Shown here piece after piece: positions 7,966 to 18,000 of a stretch of DNA of 64,000 nucleotides. The first letter of the stretch is position 1; each line of letters starts with the position of its first letter. The notes under the pieces are model-generated. The model made no database searches. It had not been told where the DNA came from and worked only from the letters and a program-made list of their open reading frames with translations. A program made the position numbers and the translations under genes. Origin of the DNA: an uncultured delta proteobacterium (GTDB lineage: Bacteria > Desulfobacterota > Binatia > Binatales > Binataceae); the NCBI GenBank assembly GCA_963765675.1, contig CAVXXK010000001.1, forward strand, positions 1,632,001 to 1,696,000, in the 5' to 3' direction.

Positions 7966-9606
7966 ATGCTGTCGCGCGTTCTGGGGCTTTCGATCCGGGT
8001 AGCGTTCGTGGCCGCACTAGCGGCGTCCATTACAGCCTGCGACCCATGCGGGAGTTGCAAGTCGAAGAAAGTTACGCCAACCCCGACTCCGACCATCGTG
8101 CCGACGCCGACGGTGACACCTAGTCCGACTCCAAGTATCACGCCAACCCCGACCGTAACGCCGACGCCGACTATTAGTCCAACCTCCACGCCGACTCCTA
8201 CGATCACGCCGACACCGACTCCGACTCCCGGTGCCGGCAACGCTTCGTCTCTGATCGGTGTTGACCCGAATCTGGGTGAAGCGTTCGTGCCGATCGCACT
8301 GCCGCCTGACCCCTCGAATTTGGCGCCCGGGAGCAACGCGGTGAAGACCAAGCGCACGCTTGGGGCGACGAGCAATGCCGCGATCCTCGGCCCGAGCATC
8401 GCCGTCATGGATGTCACCGTTGATCCAGATTCCGTAGATCCGTTTATCGCTAGCGCTGAGTTGAGCCATGACGATCCGATCACCGGTATCGCGGTCGATT
8501 CGACCGATGGACTGGTCATTATCGTCAGCGGAGAGTCCGGGTTAGGCGGCTTTGTCGATCTGCTCGATGAGAGCACCAACCAGCTGACTGCGAACTCGCC
8601 GATCTCGATGCCGGCCGGAAGCGAGCCCGGAGAGTTCGGGCAGGTGATCTTTAACTCGACGACGGACCAGGCGCTGATCAGCGTGACATCCAATAGTTCC
8701 TGCGGAACGCCAAATACATGCACCGGATTTTTGCCGTTCACGCCCAGCGCAAGCTCGCCGTCATTCGGGACGCTGATTCCGGCGACCTATCCGCAGAGCT
8801 TCGGCTTCAATGTTGCGTCGCAACAATTGATCGACGTGCCAAGCTCCGAGCCGGGGACGATCAGCGTGGTCGATCTGGCCAAGGGCGAGTGCATCCTTAC
8901 CGACTCGAATCTGACCAATGGCGGTGAGCTGCCGCAGAGCGGAGCGATCGACGCGACCACGGATTTGGCGGTGATCGGCGGCGATACGGTACCCGGGCTG
9001 AACGGCACCACCACGATCGTCAACCTGTTTGGCTCGACGCTGAACGGGACCCCGCCGGCATGCACGGTGGCGGAGGGCGGCACGACGCCGAATTCGCAGC
9101 AAGTCACCGATCTGCAGCCGGGCAATCTGATCTCGGCGGTTAACAGCTTCACGCACTACGCGTTCGTTGCGACCTCCGGCACCGACGCGGTAACCCTGAT
9201 CCAGTTGCCGAACACGACCAATACCCAGTTTCCCGGAATACCGGGATCGCCGCAGCTCACCCAGCTACCCAACGATCCCAACGATTGCCCGTGGGTTACG
9301 CAGGGCTTCCCCAATGGCGTTGCGATCGACGAGACCAACGATTTCGCCTATGTCGTGAACTCAACGGATTGTACGATCAACGGTCAGCCGTCGTTCCTGG
9401 TGCAGATCGATCTCAACGCGTTCGCGGATTTTCCCGACGGAATCGCTACCTTCCTGGGAACGGGACCGTGCGCAAACACCACGACGCCGCTTAACTGCAA
9501 TAACTTCAACGGCGTGGTGTACTTCCCGCTGCCGACCGTTACCGGCGACACCAATGGCTCGGTGAATCATTTGAATGCGGCAGGGAATAGGGGCTCGAAG
9601 AAGTAG
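7966..9606 (+). CDS. putative lipoprotein with Pro/Thr linker and beta-propeller-like domain
   Basis: Signal peptide ending ASITA-C; (TP)n tract; repeated G(I/V)A(V/I)D-x-T blade-like motifs. Confidence 0.7.
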   Translation: MLSRVLGLSIRVAFVAALAASITACDPCGSCKSKKVTPTPTPTIVPTPTVTPSPTPSITPTPTVTPTPTISPTSTPTPTITPTPTPTPGAGNASSLIGVDPNLGEAFVPIALPPDPSNLAPGSNAVKTKRTLGATSNAAILGPSIAVMDVTVDPDSVDPFIASAELSHDDPITGIAVDSTDGLVIIVSGESGLGGFVDLLDESTNQLTANSPISMPAGSEPGEFGQVIFNSTTDQALISVTSNSSCGTPNTCTGFLPFTPSASSPSFGTLIPATYPQSFGFNVASQQLIDVPSSEPGTISVVDLAKGECILTDSNLTNGGELPQSGAIDATTDLAVIGGDTVPGLNGTTTIVNLFGSTLNGTPPACTVAEGGTTPNSQQVTDLQPGNLISAVNSFTHYAFVATSGTDAVTLIQLPNTTNTQFPGIPGSPQLTQLPNDPNDCPWVTQGFPNGVAIDETNDFAYVVNSTDCTINGQPSFLVQIDLNAFADFPDGIATFLGTGPCANTTTPLNCNNFNGVVYFPLPTVTGDTNGSVNHLNAAGNRGSKK

Positions 9607-9627
9607 AAGGCGGGCGCGACAACGCAG

Positions 9628-9673
9628 AAAAAGAAGCGCCGGAGCGAGCGATCGCCCTGGCGCTTTTCATTTT
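9628..9673. terminator. probable bidirectional terminator
   Basis: AAGCGCC..GGCGCTT stem flanked by A- and T-tracts between convergent genes. Confidence 0.65.
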
Positions 9674-9680
9674 GGGAAGA

Positions 9681-10691
9681 CTAGAGCAGCAGTTCCGCGA
9701 TCTGGATTCCGTTGAGCGCGGCGCCCTTGCGCAATTGATCGCCGGTCACCCAGAAATTCAGCGCATTGGCGACGCCTAGATCCTCGCGGATGCGGCCGAC
9801 CATGCAGTCGTCCTGGCCCTCGGCGATAATCGGCATTGGGTAGCGATCGTGCGCGGGGTCATCCACGACCCGCAGTCCCGGAAAGCGCTCGAAGGCAGCG
9901 CGCGCCTGGGCCGCGGTGACCTTCACCTCGGTCTCCGCGTTGACGGCGATCGAATGCGCGGTGAAGACGGGAACGCGCACCGTGGTCGGTGAGATCGCGA
10001 GCTCCGGCAGCCCGAGAATCTTGCGGACCTCGCCGACCAGCTTCATTTCTTCGCCGGTGTAGCCGCCCTCGCCGAATTTGTCGATATGCGGGATCACGTT
10101 GAACGCGATCTGATGCTGGAAGTGGCGCGGTTCGATTTTCTCTCCGCGCGACCACGCCAGGGTTTCCTCGCGCAGCGCGGCGATGCCCTCGACGCCGGCA
10201 CCCGAGACTGCCTGGAAGCTGGTCGCAACGACGCGGCGCAGGCGTCCGGCGTCGTGCAGGGGCTTTAGCGGCATCACGGTGACGATGGTGGTGCAGTTTG
10301 GGCAGGAGAGGATTCCGCGATGCGCTTTCGCGGCGGCGGCGTTGATCTCGGGCACGACCAGCGGAACCTCCGGGTTCATCCGGAACGCGCTCGACTTATC
10401 GATCACGGTCGCGCCAGCCTTCACCGCGATCGGCGCGAACTCGCGCGACTGAGCGGCGCCGGCCGAGAACAGCGCGATATCGATATCGTTGAAGGAACTC
10501 GCTGCGAGCAGCTCGACCGGGATATCGTCGTCGCCGAAGCGGACGGTCTTGCCGACCGATCGGGCCGACGCGAACGCGCGCAGATCGCGCACGGGAAAGT
10601 TGCGCTCCTTGAGAAGCCTGAGCGTGGTCTGGCCGACCGCTCCCGTCGCGCCTACCACCGCAATTCGTTGTCCGCTGGCCATCTGCTCCAC
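9681..10691 (-). CDS. asd: aspartate-semialdehyde dehydrogenase
   Basis: VGATGAVG, PNCTT, QAVSGAG, DQLRKGAALN. Confidence 0.95.
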   Translation of the reverse strand: MEQMASGQRIAVVGATGAVGQTTLRLLKERNFPVRDLRAFASARSVGKTVRFGDDDIPVELLAASSFNDIDIALFSAGAAQSREFAPIAVKAGATVIDKSSAFRMNPEVPLVVPEINAAAAKAHRGILSCPNCTTIVTVMPLKPLHDAGRLRRVVATSFQAVSGAGVEGIAALREETLAWSRGEKIEPRHFQHQIAFNVIPHIDKFGEGGYTGEEMKLVGEVRKILGLPELAISPTTVRVPVFTAHSIAVNAETEVKVTAAQARAAFERFPGLRVVDDPAHDRYPMPIIAEGQDDCMVGRIREDLGVANALNFWVTGDQLRKGAALNGIQIAELLL

Positions 10692-10722
10692 TCTGCCGGA
10701 TGCGCGGCGCCAGGTGCGCCGG

Positions 10723-11751
10723 CTATTTTCGCGCGAGCACTGCCTGATACTGCGCTGGTCCTGGAACCGTAGTGAGTTTGACCTCGCGGAATCCGGCGGC
10801 CTCGAGCATTTTCCGGTATTCAGAAAGGGTATAGGTGTCGCCGTCGCGGGTCCAGATGAGCATCGTCAGCGCGAACGCGAGTGCGAAGCGCTCTTTTTCT
10901 CGCGCCTCGTCGGGCACCATATCGACCACCACCAGCGCTCCGCCGGGAGCAGCCGCGGCATACAGGCGGCGCGAGAGTTCGAGATTCTTCTCGAGCGAAA
11001 AGTGATGATAGATATTCGGCGCGAGAATCAAATCGTAGCCGGAGCCGAGGTCGTCGGAAAAAATGTCGCCCGCGCGGAACTCGACGCGATCGGCAACTCC
11101 GGCCTGCTGCGCATTGGCCTGCGCATGTTTGACCACTCCCGGCCAATCGACGCTGGTCAGGCGCGCGCCCGGAAACCGCTTGAGCGCACCGAACCCGTAG
11201 AAGCCCGAGCCGCACGCGATATCGAGAATTTTCTTCGGCGCGCTGCCGGGGAACATCGTGGCTGCCGTCTCGGCGACCGCGGGCCCCGCAAGCTGCGCCA
11301 TCATCCGTGAGCCGCGTGCGAAGTCCTGCCAGAAGGGATTGTCCTCGGCCTCGGCGGATTGATTTTCGAGCAAGGTATGTCCGGACTTGACGACTTCAGT
11401 CAGGTGCGCGAGCGCGTTCCAGATGAGCGGATTCGCCGTGATCGCCGTCATCCCACCGGCGTATGCTGGCGAGCCTTTTACGAACAGAGCCTGCCCGCCA
11501 GGAGTATTCGCATAGTGCCCGTCGGTCTTCGTGAGCGCGCCGAACGCGACCAGCGCGTCGCACAGAATTCGGGTCGAGCGGACCGGCAGCTTCTTGGCGG
11601 CGGCGATTTTCTCCGGCGTGTCGTCGCCGTGAGCGACATGGGTAAAGACCTCGAGATCGATTCCGGCCTTCAGTGCCGCGGTGCTGGCCGCGCCCTGCAT
11701 AATCGCGAGCAGACTTTGTGGTGAACCGGGAGCGCCGTATTCTTCAGCCAT
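10723..11751 (-). CDS. SAM-dependent O-methyltransferase with dimerization domain
   Basis: LDIACGSG, AGDIF, N-terminal winged-helix-like region. Confidence 0.85.
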   Translation of the reverse strand: MAEEYGAPGSPQSLLAIMQGAASTAALKAGIDLEVFTHVAHGDDTPEKIAAAKKLPVRSTRILCDALVAFGALTKTDGHYANTPGGQALFVKGSPAYAGGMTAITANPLIWNALAHLTEVVKSGHTLLENQSAEAEDNPFWQDFARGSRMMAQLAGPAVAETAATMFPGSAPKKILDIACGSGFYGFGALKRFPGARLTSVDWPGVVKHAQANAQQAGVADRVEFRAGDIFSDDLGSGYDLILAPNIYHHFSLEKNLELSRRLYAAAAPGGALVVVDMVPDEAREKERFALAFALTMLIWTRDGDTYTLSEYRKMLEAAGFREVKLTTVPGPAQYQAVLARK

Positions 11752-11811
11752 CTTTTTTGATCCTTTTCCGCGCTGTCGTTTGGCGAGTTATACCGCGTGC
11801 GCGCACTCAAG

Positions 11812-12459
11812 TCAGGGGTGTTCGAGGATCCAGCGCTCGACGATTTCATAAACCTTCTCGCCGTGCGCGCTGAAACTGTGGTCGGCACCCGCGATCAGTT
11901 CCAGGCGCTTGGGTTCGCCGGCGCGCTCGAACAGCGCTTCGGACGATTGCTGCGGCAGGATCGCGTCGGCGGTTCCGTGCACCAGCAAGAGCGGGCGCGG
12001 CGCAAGCTCGCCGACCATGTGCGCTCCGCCAAGCTGGCTCGAAATAGCGACGACCGTCGTAACGGCGGGGACGAGAGTGCCCGCGTTGATCGCGATCGCT
12101 CCGCCGAACGAATGCCCGACCGTCGCGACGCGCTGATACTCGACGCCGCGCAGAAACGTCAGCGCCGCCATCGCGTCCACCAGGCATTCGGCGAACTCTC
12201 CGGGCGCGCGATAATCCAGCCGCGCGACCGCAATTCCCTGCTTCGGCAGCGCGAGGCCGAGCCGCGCATATAGATGAGCCGGGCCGTCGAGCCCACCCAT
12301 CGCACCGCTTGCGCAGAGCACCGCTCGCAGCGGCTTGGGGGCGGCATGCAGGAGCATTGGGATGTCGCCGCGGGTGGTGCGGATGACGAGTCGGCGCGCG
12401 CCGGCAATTTCGTCGCCCGGCTCGACGCCCGTAATGCGCAGATTGATGTCATCGCTCAC
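11812..12459 (-). CDS. alpha/beta hydrolase
   Basis: GHSFGG nucleophile elbow, HGTAD, GADH. Confidence 0.85.
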   Translation of the reverse strand: MSDDINLRITGVEPGDEIAGARRLVIRTTRGDIPMLLHAAPKPLRAVLCASGAMGGLDGPAHLYARLGLALPKQGIAVARLDYRAPGEFAECLVDAMAALTFLRGVEYQRVATVGHSFGGAIAINAGTLVPAVTTVVAISSQLGGAHMVGELAPRPLLLVHGTADAILPQQSSEALFERAGEPKRLELIAGADHSFSAHGEKVYEIVERWILEHP

Positions 12460-12464
12460 GCGGG

Positions 12465-12743
12465 TCAGCGTCCTGAGCGGTTAGGCGTGTGGTCGAGGCC
12501 GGGGTCGCCGCTCTCGCCCAGCATGCGCATCGCATAGCGAATCATCATCGTGAGCCGCTCGATCCGTTCGAGGATCTCGCGATGCTGTTCGTGCGGCGTC
12601 TCGGGCAGCATCCCGGCGGTGTAGGCAAGGCTCTGTTCGAGCACCTCAATAGCGCGTTCGAGACTCTCGCGCTGCGGAGCGCGCGGGTTGCGATTGCGGC
12701 GCCGCTCGGCCGCAATTTCCGCAAGATTGATAATTTCCGCCAC
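12465..12743 (-). CDS. hypothetical small helical protein
   Basis: 92-aa ORF directly upstream of the hydrolase on the same strand. Confidence 0.6.
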   Translation of the reverse strand: MAEIINLAEIAAERRRNRNPRAPQRESLERAIEVLEQSLAYTAGMLPETPHEQHREILERIERLTMMIRYAMRMLGESGDPGLDHTPNRSGR

Positions 12744-12804
12744 GGCAGGATCCCTTCCACAATTATCGTCTATCGAGAATTATTCGTACAGCGGTCGGAC
12801 GAAT

Positions 12805-12988
12805 GGCACAGCATGAAACGCGGGCTCGGAGCATGGACGTCCCGGGATTTCTCCCTTCGGTCGAAATGACGGATGTGGGCTTGGCTGGGACTACGATACT
12901 CATTTGCCCAGTCCGCATTCGTCATTCCGAGCCCTGGGCGAGGAATCCCGGGACGTCCATGCTCCGAGTCCGCGTTTCATGCTGTGCC
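12805..12988. repeat. 184-bp REPIN/MITE-like hairpin
   Basis: 45-bp inverted arms with one mismatch, enclosing two GTCATTYCGA..GAGRAATCCC units. Confidence 0.85.
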
Positions 12989-13597
12989 TTCTCGGTCGGG
13001 ATTTCGCGCGCGCGGCAGGAACTCGAATCGCGCCAGAGTCTCGTAAACTGCGCCGCCAGCGCCGAGATGACTGCGGTAGAGGCGCATCTCATTGATTCTC
13101 GAGGCTCCGAAATCGCGCTCGGCGACTGCCGCGATCACGCGTGCCGCGGTCTTCGCGCCGTTGGGACCGCGTACCCGTCCGAGCGTCAGGTGCGGCGACC
13201 ATCGACGCTTCTCGGACGCAAATCCGCTCTCCGATGCGGCCTCGTCAACGCGGCGGGCAAGATGCGCGAGCGCCTCGCTTTCGAGGCCGGCCCAAATGAC
13301 GCGCGGGCGGTGCAGATTGGGAAAGACGCCGGTTCCTCGCGTGCGGATCTCAAACGCGGCGGTTGCCGATGCGACGCGGGCGAGTGCGTCACTTAGCGGC
13401 GCAAGTCTTTCGAAATCGACGGCGGCGCCGAGGAACTTCAAAGTCGCGTGCAGCTTATCGGGCGTTGTCCATCCGATTCCGTCTCCGCGGGTACGCGCGT
13501 GTGCGATGAAGCTCGCGATGGATTCTTCGACCTGCGCATTCATCCGCACCGCGACGAATGCCCGCAGGGTCGGCGGGCCTACTTGTCGAGCTCCCAT
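12977..13597 (-). CDS. thpR: RNA 2',3'-cyclic phosphodiesterase (2H family)
   Basis: LRAFVAV, two HxT motifs (LHATLKFLG, PHLTLGR), PRVIWAG; start approximate. Confidence 0.88.
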   Translation of the reverse strand: MGARQVGPPTLRAFVAVRMNAQVEESIASFIAHARTRGDGIGWTTPDKLHATLKFLGAAVDFERLAPLSDALARVASATAAFEIRTRGTGVFPNLHRPRVIWAGLESEALAHLARRVDEAASESGFASEKRRWSPHLTLGRVRGPNGAKTAARVIAAVAERDFGASRINEMRLYRSHLGAGGAVYETLARFEFLPRARNPDREGTA

Positions 13598-14178
13598 TCG
13601 ACCAGTTGCAGGCGATCGTTGCCGAAGAACATCGCGCCGTTGACGAATATGGTCGGCGAGCCGAAACCTCCGCGCGCGATCAGCTCGTCGGTATTGGCGC
13701 GCAGTTTTTCTTTGTACGCCGCCGCCGCGATCTTTTCGAAATATTCTTTTTCGTCGAGTCCGACTTCGCGCACGATTCACTTCAGCACGTCGTCCTGGCT
13801 GATGTCGTGATTGTCGCCCCAATAATCCTCAAACACGCGGCGTGAATACTGCGAGATCTTTCCATGCTCGAGCGCGACGAATGCCCCGCGCATCGCCTTT
13901 ACCGAGTTCACCGGGAACACGGTCGGGCTTCCTATTTTGATCCCATAAAAGTGCGCCCAATCCTGCAGATCCTTCGCGTAGTAGCGTGCCTTGGGTTTGA
14001 CCGGATTGGTCCGCGTCTCATAAACCGACGGATTCACCGTATTGAAAACTCCGCCGACCAGAAACGGACGCCATACCAGGTCGGCACGATGCCGCGCGGC
14101 GACGCCTTCGATCTTGGTGAACGCGAGATAGGTCCATGGGCTGGAGCAGTCATAAAAAAATTCGAGCTTTTTGGGCAT
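13579..14178 (-). pseudogene. 2-hydroxychromene-2-carboxylate isomerase/DsbA family, interrupted by in-frame TGA at 13779-13777
   Basis: FFYDCSSPWTY...DDVLK*IVREVG...GGFGSPTIFV..FFGNDR all in one frame. Confidence 0.85.
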
Positions 14179-14257
14179 CAGCGGACCTCCGGAAACTTCC
14201 TGCGATGCCGCGAGAATAGAGTAGTTCGGCGCGGAAGTTCCAGCGCGCCGCGCGCGG

Positions 14258-15193
14258 CTATTGGGCGACGGCGGTCGAGCCATCCACCTCGACCAGGTCG
14301 GCGGTGACTTGCCCGATGAATGCCGCGGCCTGCATCCTGAGCGGCAGCCGGCGATGGTCGGCGCTGACCCAGATGGTGGTCGTCGTGGCCTGATGCTTGT
14401 AGTTGCCGTTGCTCAGGTAGAGCACGCCCGGCGTGATCTTGAGCGCGGGAAATACGCCGAGAGGAGTGCGGATAAGCTCGCGATCATCGACGTGAAAGCT
14501 GAAGACATAGCGGGTGGTGCCGCTGAAGACGTCGTATTCGTAGTTCGCGCCCGGATCGAGGCTCTGCGTCAGCGCCATCATCGCACCGGAAATAGGACCC
14601 CACGGATCGGTCGAGATGAATTCGCGGGTCGTGATTCCGCGCGGATTTTTCTTCTCGGCGGTGACCAGATTTTTGGCGCGATCGAAGCCGATCGTGTATT
14701 CATCGAAGCGCTTGTTCTCGGATTGGCGCTGATAGACTCCGCTGGTGGCGAGAGAGCCGGTCGCGAAACTCTCCTTCATGTAGTCGCGCATCTTGAACAG
14801 CACATCGACGATCGGCGTGGTCTCGATCCACGCCTCGGCCTTCCACAGCGACGGATCCTTCTTGTCGCGATGGAGCTCAAAGCGCGCGCGGGCGGCAGGT
14901 ATTCCGATCCACGAGGCCTGATAAACCAGCTTCTCGCCGTCGTGGAACGGGATCGGTCCTGCACTATACGCAGGCACCTTGATATCCGCAGGCAGCACTT
15001 CCGGCGTTGGCGAGACGGAAGGCCGCCGCGGATGGCGGCGGGGATGGGCTGGGTCGGGCGACGCTGCGCTACCCGCGCCTACAAGAATCAGCGCGCAAAA
15101 TGCTATCGCAAGCAAAGCCGCGCCACGCCTGTATAATCCACGCTTGGGCGATTCAACTCGACTCACGCTTCCCGCCTTACCACTTGCTTGCAT
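14258..15193 (-). CDS. DUF3108-family exported protein
   Basis: Signal-like helix; PFHDGEKLVYQASWIGIPA; IRTPLGVFPALKI; IWVSADHRRLPLR; start approximate. Confidence 0.75.
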   Translation of the reverse strand: MQASGKAGSVSRVESPKRGLYRRGAALLAIAFCALILVGAGSAASPDPAHPRRHPRRPSVSPTPEVLPADIKVPAYSAGPIPFHDGEKLVYQASWIGIPAARARFELHRDKKDPSLWKAEAWIETTPIVDVLFKMRDYMKESFATGSLATSGVYQRQSENKRFDEYTIGFDRAKNLVTAEKKNPRGITTREFISTDPWGPISGAMMALTQSLDPGANYEYDVFSGTTRYVFSFHVDDRELIRTPLGVFPALKITPGVLYLSNGNYKHQATTTTIWVSADHRRLPLRMQAAAFIGQVTADLVEVDGSTAVAQ

Positions 15194-15242
15194 TCGCGAA
15201 CATGATACCTGATAATTTTGAACTATTCGGGAGGATCGTGAA

Positions 15243-16040
15243 ATGTCGAAGAGCCGATTTGTAGCCGCGGCAGCCATCCTCTTCGCCGCGCTCGCGCTTC
15301 CCCATATCGCCTGCGCCCAGGATGAGTACGGCGGTGAGGGATTGGGCAGTGCGACCAGCAGCAATCCGATGATGCATCAGGGCGTCACGAAGGCCGGCGT
15401 TGACGACGTCGCAAATCGTGCGCAGAAGGAATCCGCGTTCAAAATTATCAAGGACGTGAAGCTCGGCTTGAAGGATGCCGACCCCAACGTCCGCGTCAGC
15501 GAGCTCAACAAACTGCGCAACCTCGACGATCCTGAAGTCAACCGCATCCTGGTCCAAAGCATGAGCGACCCGGACATCCGGGTGAAGATGAAGGCGATCG
15601 ACCTCCTTGGCGCGCGCGAGGCCAACGATTCGGTCGAGCCGATGGCGCAATTGCTGTTCCTGCGGCAGACGGAACCCGCCGTCAAGCTGCACGCAGTCGC
15701 AGCGCTGGGCAGAATCGGTGACGCGAAGGGCGCGTTGCCGGTCATGCAGTATATGCAAGAGGAGAACGACGATCGCGCTCGCGGTACCGCGGTGTTCGCG
15801 CTCGGCGAAATCGGCAGCGACAAGGCCTCGCCGATACTGATCAAGGCAGCGGACGAGGACAAGAGCCCGATGGTGCGGCGGCTGGCGAAGGAAGCGCTCG
15901 AGAAGATCGATGGAGAGCTGCCGACCCAGCACAGCACGCAGGTCGCATCCGGCAAGAACGACAGCGAGTCCACGCCGACCGATCAGAAGCTCGCCAAGCT
16001 GCGCGACTACGATCAGAAACTGCAGGACGAGGAGCGATAA
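15243..16040 (+). CDS. exported HEAT-repeat protein
   Basis: Signal peptide; repeated DxDPxVR/AVxALGxIG units. Confidence 0.8.
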   Translation: MSKSRFVAAAAILFAALALPHIACAQDEYGGEGLGSATSSNPMMHQGVTKAGVDDVANRAQKESAFKIIKDVKLGLKDADPNVRVSELNKLRNLDDPEVNRILVQSMSDPDIRVKMKAIDLLGAREANDSVEPMAQLLFLRQTEPAVKLHAVAALGRIGDAKGALPVMQYMQEENDDRARGTAVFALGEIGSDKASPILIKAADEDKSPMVRRLAKEALEKIDGELPTQHSTQVASGKNDSESTPTDQKLAKLRDYDQKLQDEER

Positions 16041-16075
16041 TCGGCGCTGAGCGCGGAGAAACAGTTGATCAGATG

Positions 16076-16113
16076 ACGGGCCGCGCGGACTAATCCGGCG
16101 GCCCGTTTGTTTT
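16076..16113 (+). terminator. intrinsic terminator
   Basis: ACGGGCCGC/GCGGCCCGT stem followed by TTGTTTT. Confidence 0.7.
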
Positions 16114-16141
16114 CGGCCATAAACGATTCGAGAGGGACCAG

Positions 16142-16501
16142 ATGATGACGTACAAAGGCGGATGCCATTGCGGACAAGTACGATTCGAGGTCGAGGGCGA
16201 GCTTGCGAGAGTCTCAGACTGCGATTGTTCAATCTGCTCGAAGGCGGCGTTTCTGCACTGGCGGATCGAACCCGAGCAACTGAAGCTCCTCACGCCGTGG
16301 GAAAATCTGGCGAACTACAAGTGGAACACCGGCCGCGCGAGCCATTACTTCTGCAAGCATTGCGGAGTCGCGGTGCTGCGTCATCCGCGTGGCGCGCCGG
16401 AGAAGTATTCGGTCAACGCGCGATGCGTCGACGGGTTCGAGATCTCGGCGGTCAGGATCGAACATATCGACGGCAAAAATCTGTCGCTCACCGTCGAGTA
16501 A
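16142..16501 (+). CDS. GFA/CENP-V family Zn protein
   Basis: GGCHCG, CDCSIC, FCKHCG. Confidence 0.9.
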   Translation: MMTYKGGCHCGQVRFEVEGELARVSDCDCSICSKAAFLHWRIEPEQLKLLTPWENLANYKWNTGRASHYFCKHCGVAVLRHPRGAPEKYSVNARCVDGFEISAVRIEHIDGKNLSLTVE

Positions 16502-16510
16502 TCTGCATCG

Positions 16511-17974
16511 ATGCGGTTGCTGTACATTGATATCGATACGCTGCGAGCAGATCACCTCGGGTGCTACGGTTACGCGCGCCGCACCAGCCCGAATATCGAC
16601 GCACTGGCGCGCGAGGGAATCCGCTTCGACTCGGTCTATGCGTCCGACACTCCGTGCCTGCCGTCGCGCACGGCGCTTATTACCGGACGGTTCGGAATCC
16701 ATAACGGCGTGGTCTCGCATGGTGGGACGGGCGCCGATCTCTTCGTCGAGGGCGCGCGCCGCGGCTTTCAATCGCGCACCGCGTACACGAGCTGGGCGCG
16801 CCGGATGCGCAGCGTCGGGATGCATACCGCGACGATCAGCACCTTCGCCGAGCGCCATTCCGCGTACCACTGGGACGCGGGATTCAACGAAGTCATCAAC
16901 CTCGGCACGATGGGTATCGAGACCGCCAATATGGTCGCGCCGCTCGCGCTCGATTGGCTTATCCGCAACGGCGCACGCGACAACTGGTTCCTGCATGTGC
17001 ATCTGTGGGATCCGCACACTCCCTATCGGACGCCGGCTGAATACGGCGACCCGTTCAAGCACGACGCCACGCCCGGCTGGATCACCGAGGAAGTTCGCGA
17101 GCGCCACTGGCGCAGGCCGGGGCCGCATTCCGCGCAGGAGATGATCGGTTTCAAGCCCGCGGAAAATTCCACCGCCGCACGAACGCCTCGCCAGCCGCAG
17201 CTGGCGGCGTCGATGGTGGAGGTGCGCGCGATGTTCGACGGCTACGACATCGGAATCAAATTCGCGGACGACCATATCGGACGCCTGATGAATCAGCTCG
17301 CGGAGCTTCGCGTGCTCGAAGACACCGCCGTCATGATTTCCGGCGATCATGGCGAGACGCTCGGCGAACTCGGCATCTACTGCGATCATCACACCGCGGA
17401 CGAATGCGTCTCGCATCTGCCGATGGTACTGAAATGGCCAGGGCTTGCCGCCGGACGTGTCGAGTCCGGGATGCACTATCAAATCGATATCGCGGCGACA
17501 ATTCTGCAACTGCTCGGCGCTCGCGTGCCCGCGGATTCCGACGGCGTGGGCTTTGCCGCCGAGCTTCGCGCGGGAGCATCGTCGGGCCGCGACTACCTGG
17601 TGCTCTCGCACGGCGCGTGGACGGCGCAGCGCGCGGTCCGCATCGGCGATCATATCGCGATTCGCACTTATCATGACGGCTACCACGGATTTCCTCCCCT
17701 GATGATGTTCGATCTGAAGCGCGATCCGCACGAGACGCACGACCTCGCGCCGGAGCATCCCGAGCTCGCGGCGGAGGCGATGGCGAAGCTCGAACAGTGG
17801 CACACCGAACAGATGGCGCGTTCGTGGAACGGGATCGATCCGATCTGGACGGTGCTGCGCGAAGGCGGACCGTGGCACGTGCGCGGCCATCTGCGCGAAT
17901 ACCTCGAGCGGCTACGCGAGACCGGCCGCGCCGAATGGGCCGACCGCCTCGCGACGGAGCATCGCCAGGAGTAG
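16511..17974 (+). CDS. formylglycine-dependent sulfatase
   Basis: DTLRADH, CLPSR (CxPxR), WDPH, GDHGE. Confidence 0.9.
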   Translation: MRLLYIDIDTLRADHLGCYGYARRTSPNIDALAREGIRFDSVYASDTPCLPSRTALITGRFGIHNGVVSHGGTGADLFVEGARRGFQSRTAYTSWARRMRSVGMHTATISTFAERHSAYHWDAGFNEVINLGTMGIETANMVAPLALDWLIRNGARDNWFLHVHLWDPHTPYRTPAEYGDPFKHDATPGWITEEVRERHWRRPGPHSAQEMIGFKPAENSTAARTPRQPQLAASMVEVRAMFDGYDIGIKFADDHIGRLMNQLAELRVLEDTAVMISGDHGETLGELGIYCDHHTADECVSHLPMVLKWPGLAAGRVESGMHYQIDIAATILQLLGARVPADSDGVGFAAELRAGASSGRDYLVLSHGAWTAQRAVRIGDHIAIRTYHDGYHGFPPLMMFDLKRDPHETHDLAPEHPELAAEAMAKLEQWHTEQMARSWNGIDPIWTVLREGGPWHVRGHLREYLERLRETGRAEWADRLATEHRQE

Positions 17975-18000
17975 CGCGACTTGGCAAAGGGGGGGACGTG

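Noticed and set aside
8071-8230. Repetitive ACG/CCG tract as a possible CRISPR or VNTR
   Set aside because: It is the synonymously varied Thr-Pro linker of the lipoprotein; no repeat-spacer structure
16229-17890. Long antisense ORFs (also 27680-29089, 45283-46542, 51330-52511, 30771-31883)
   Set aside because: Shadow frames of well-supported genes in high-GC DNA, with no motifs
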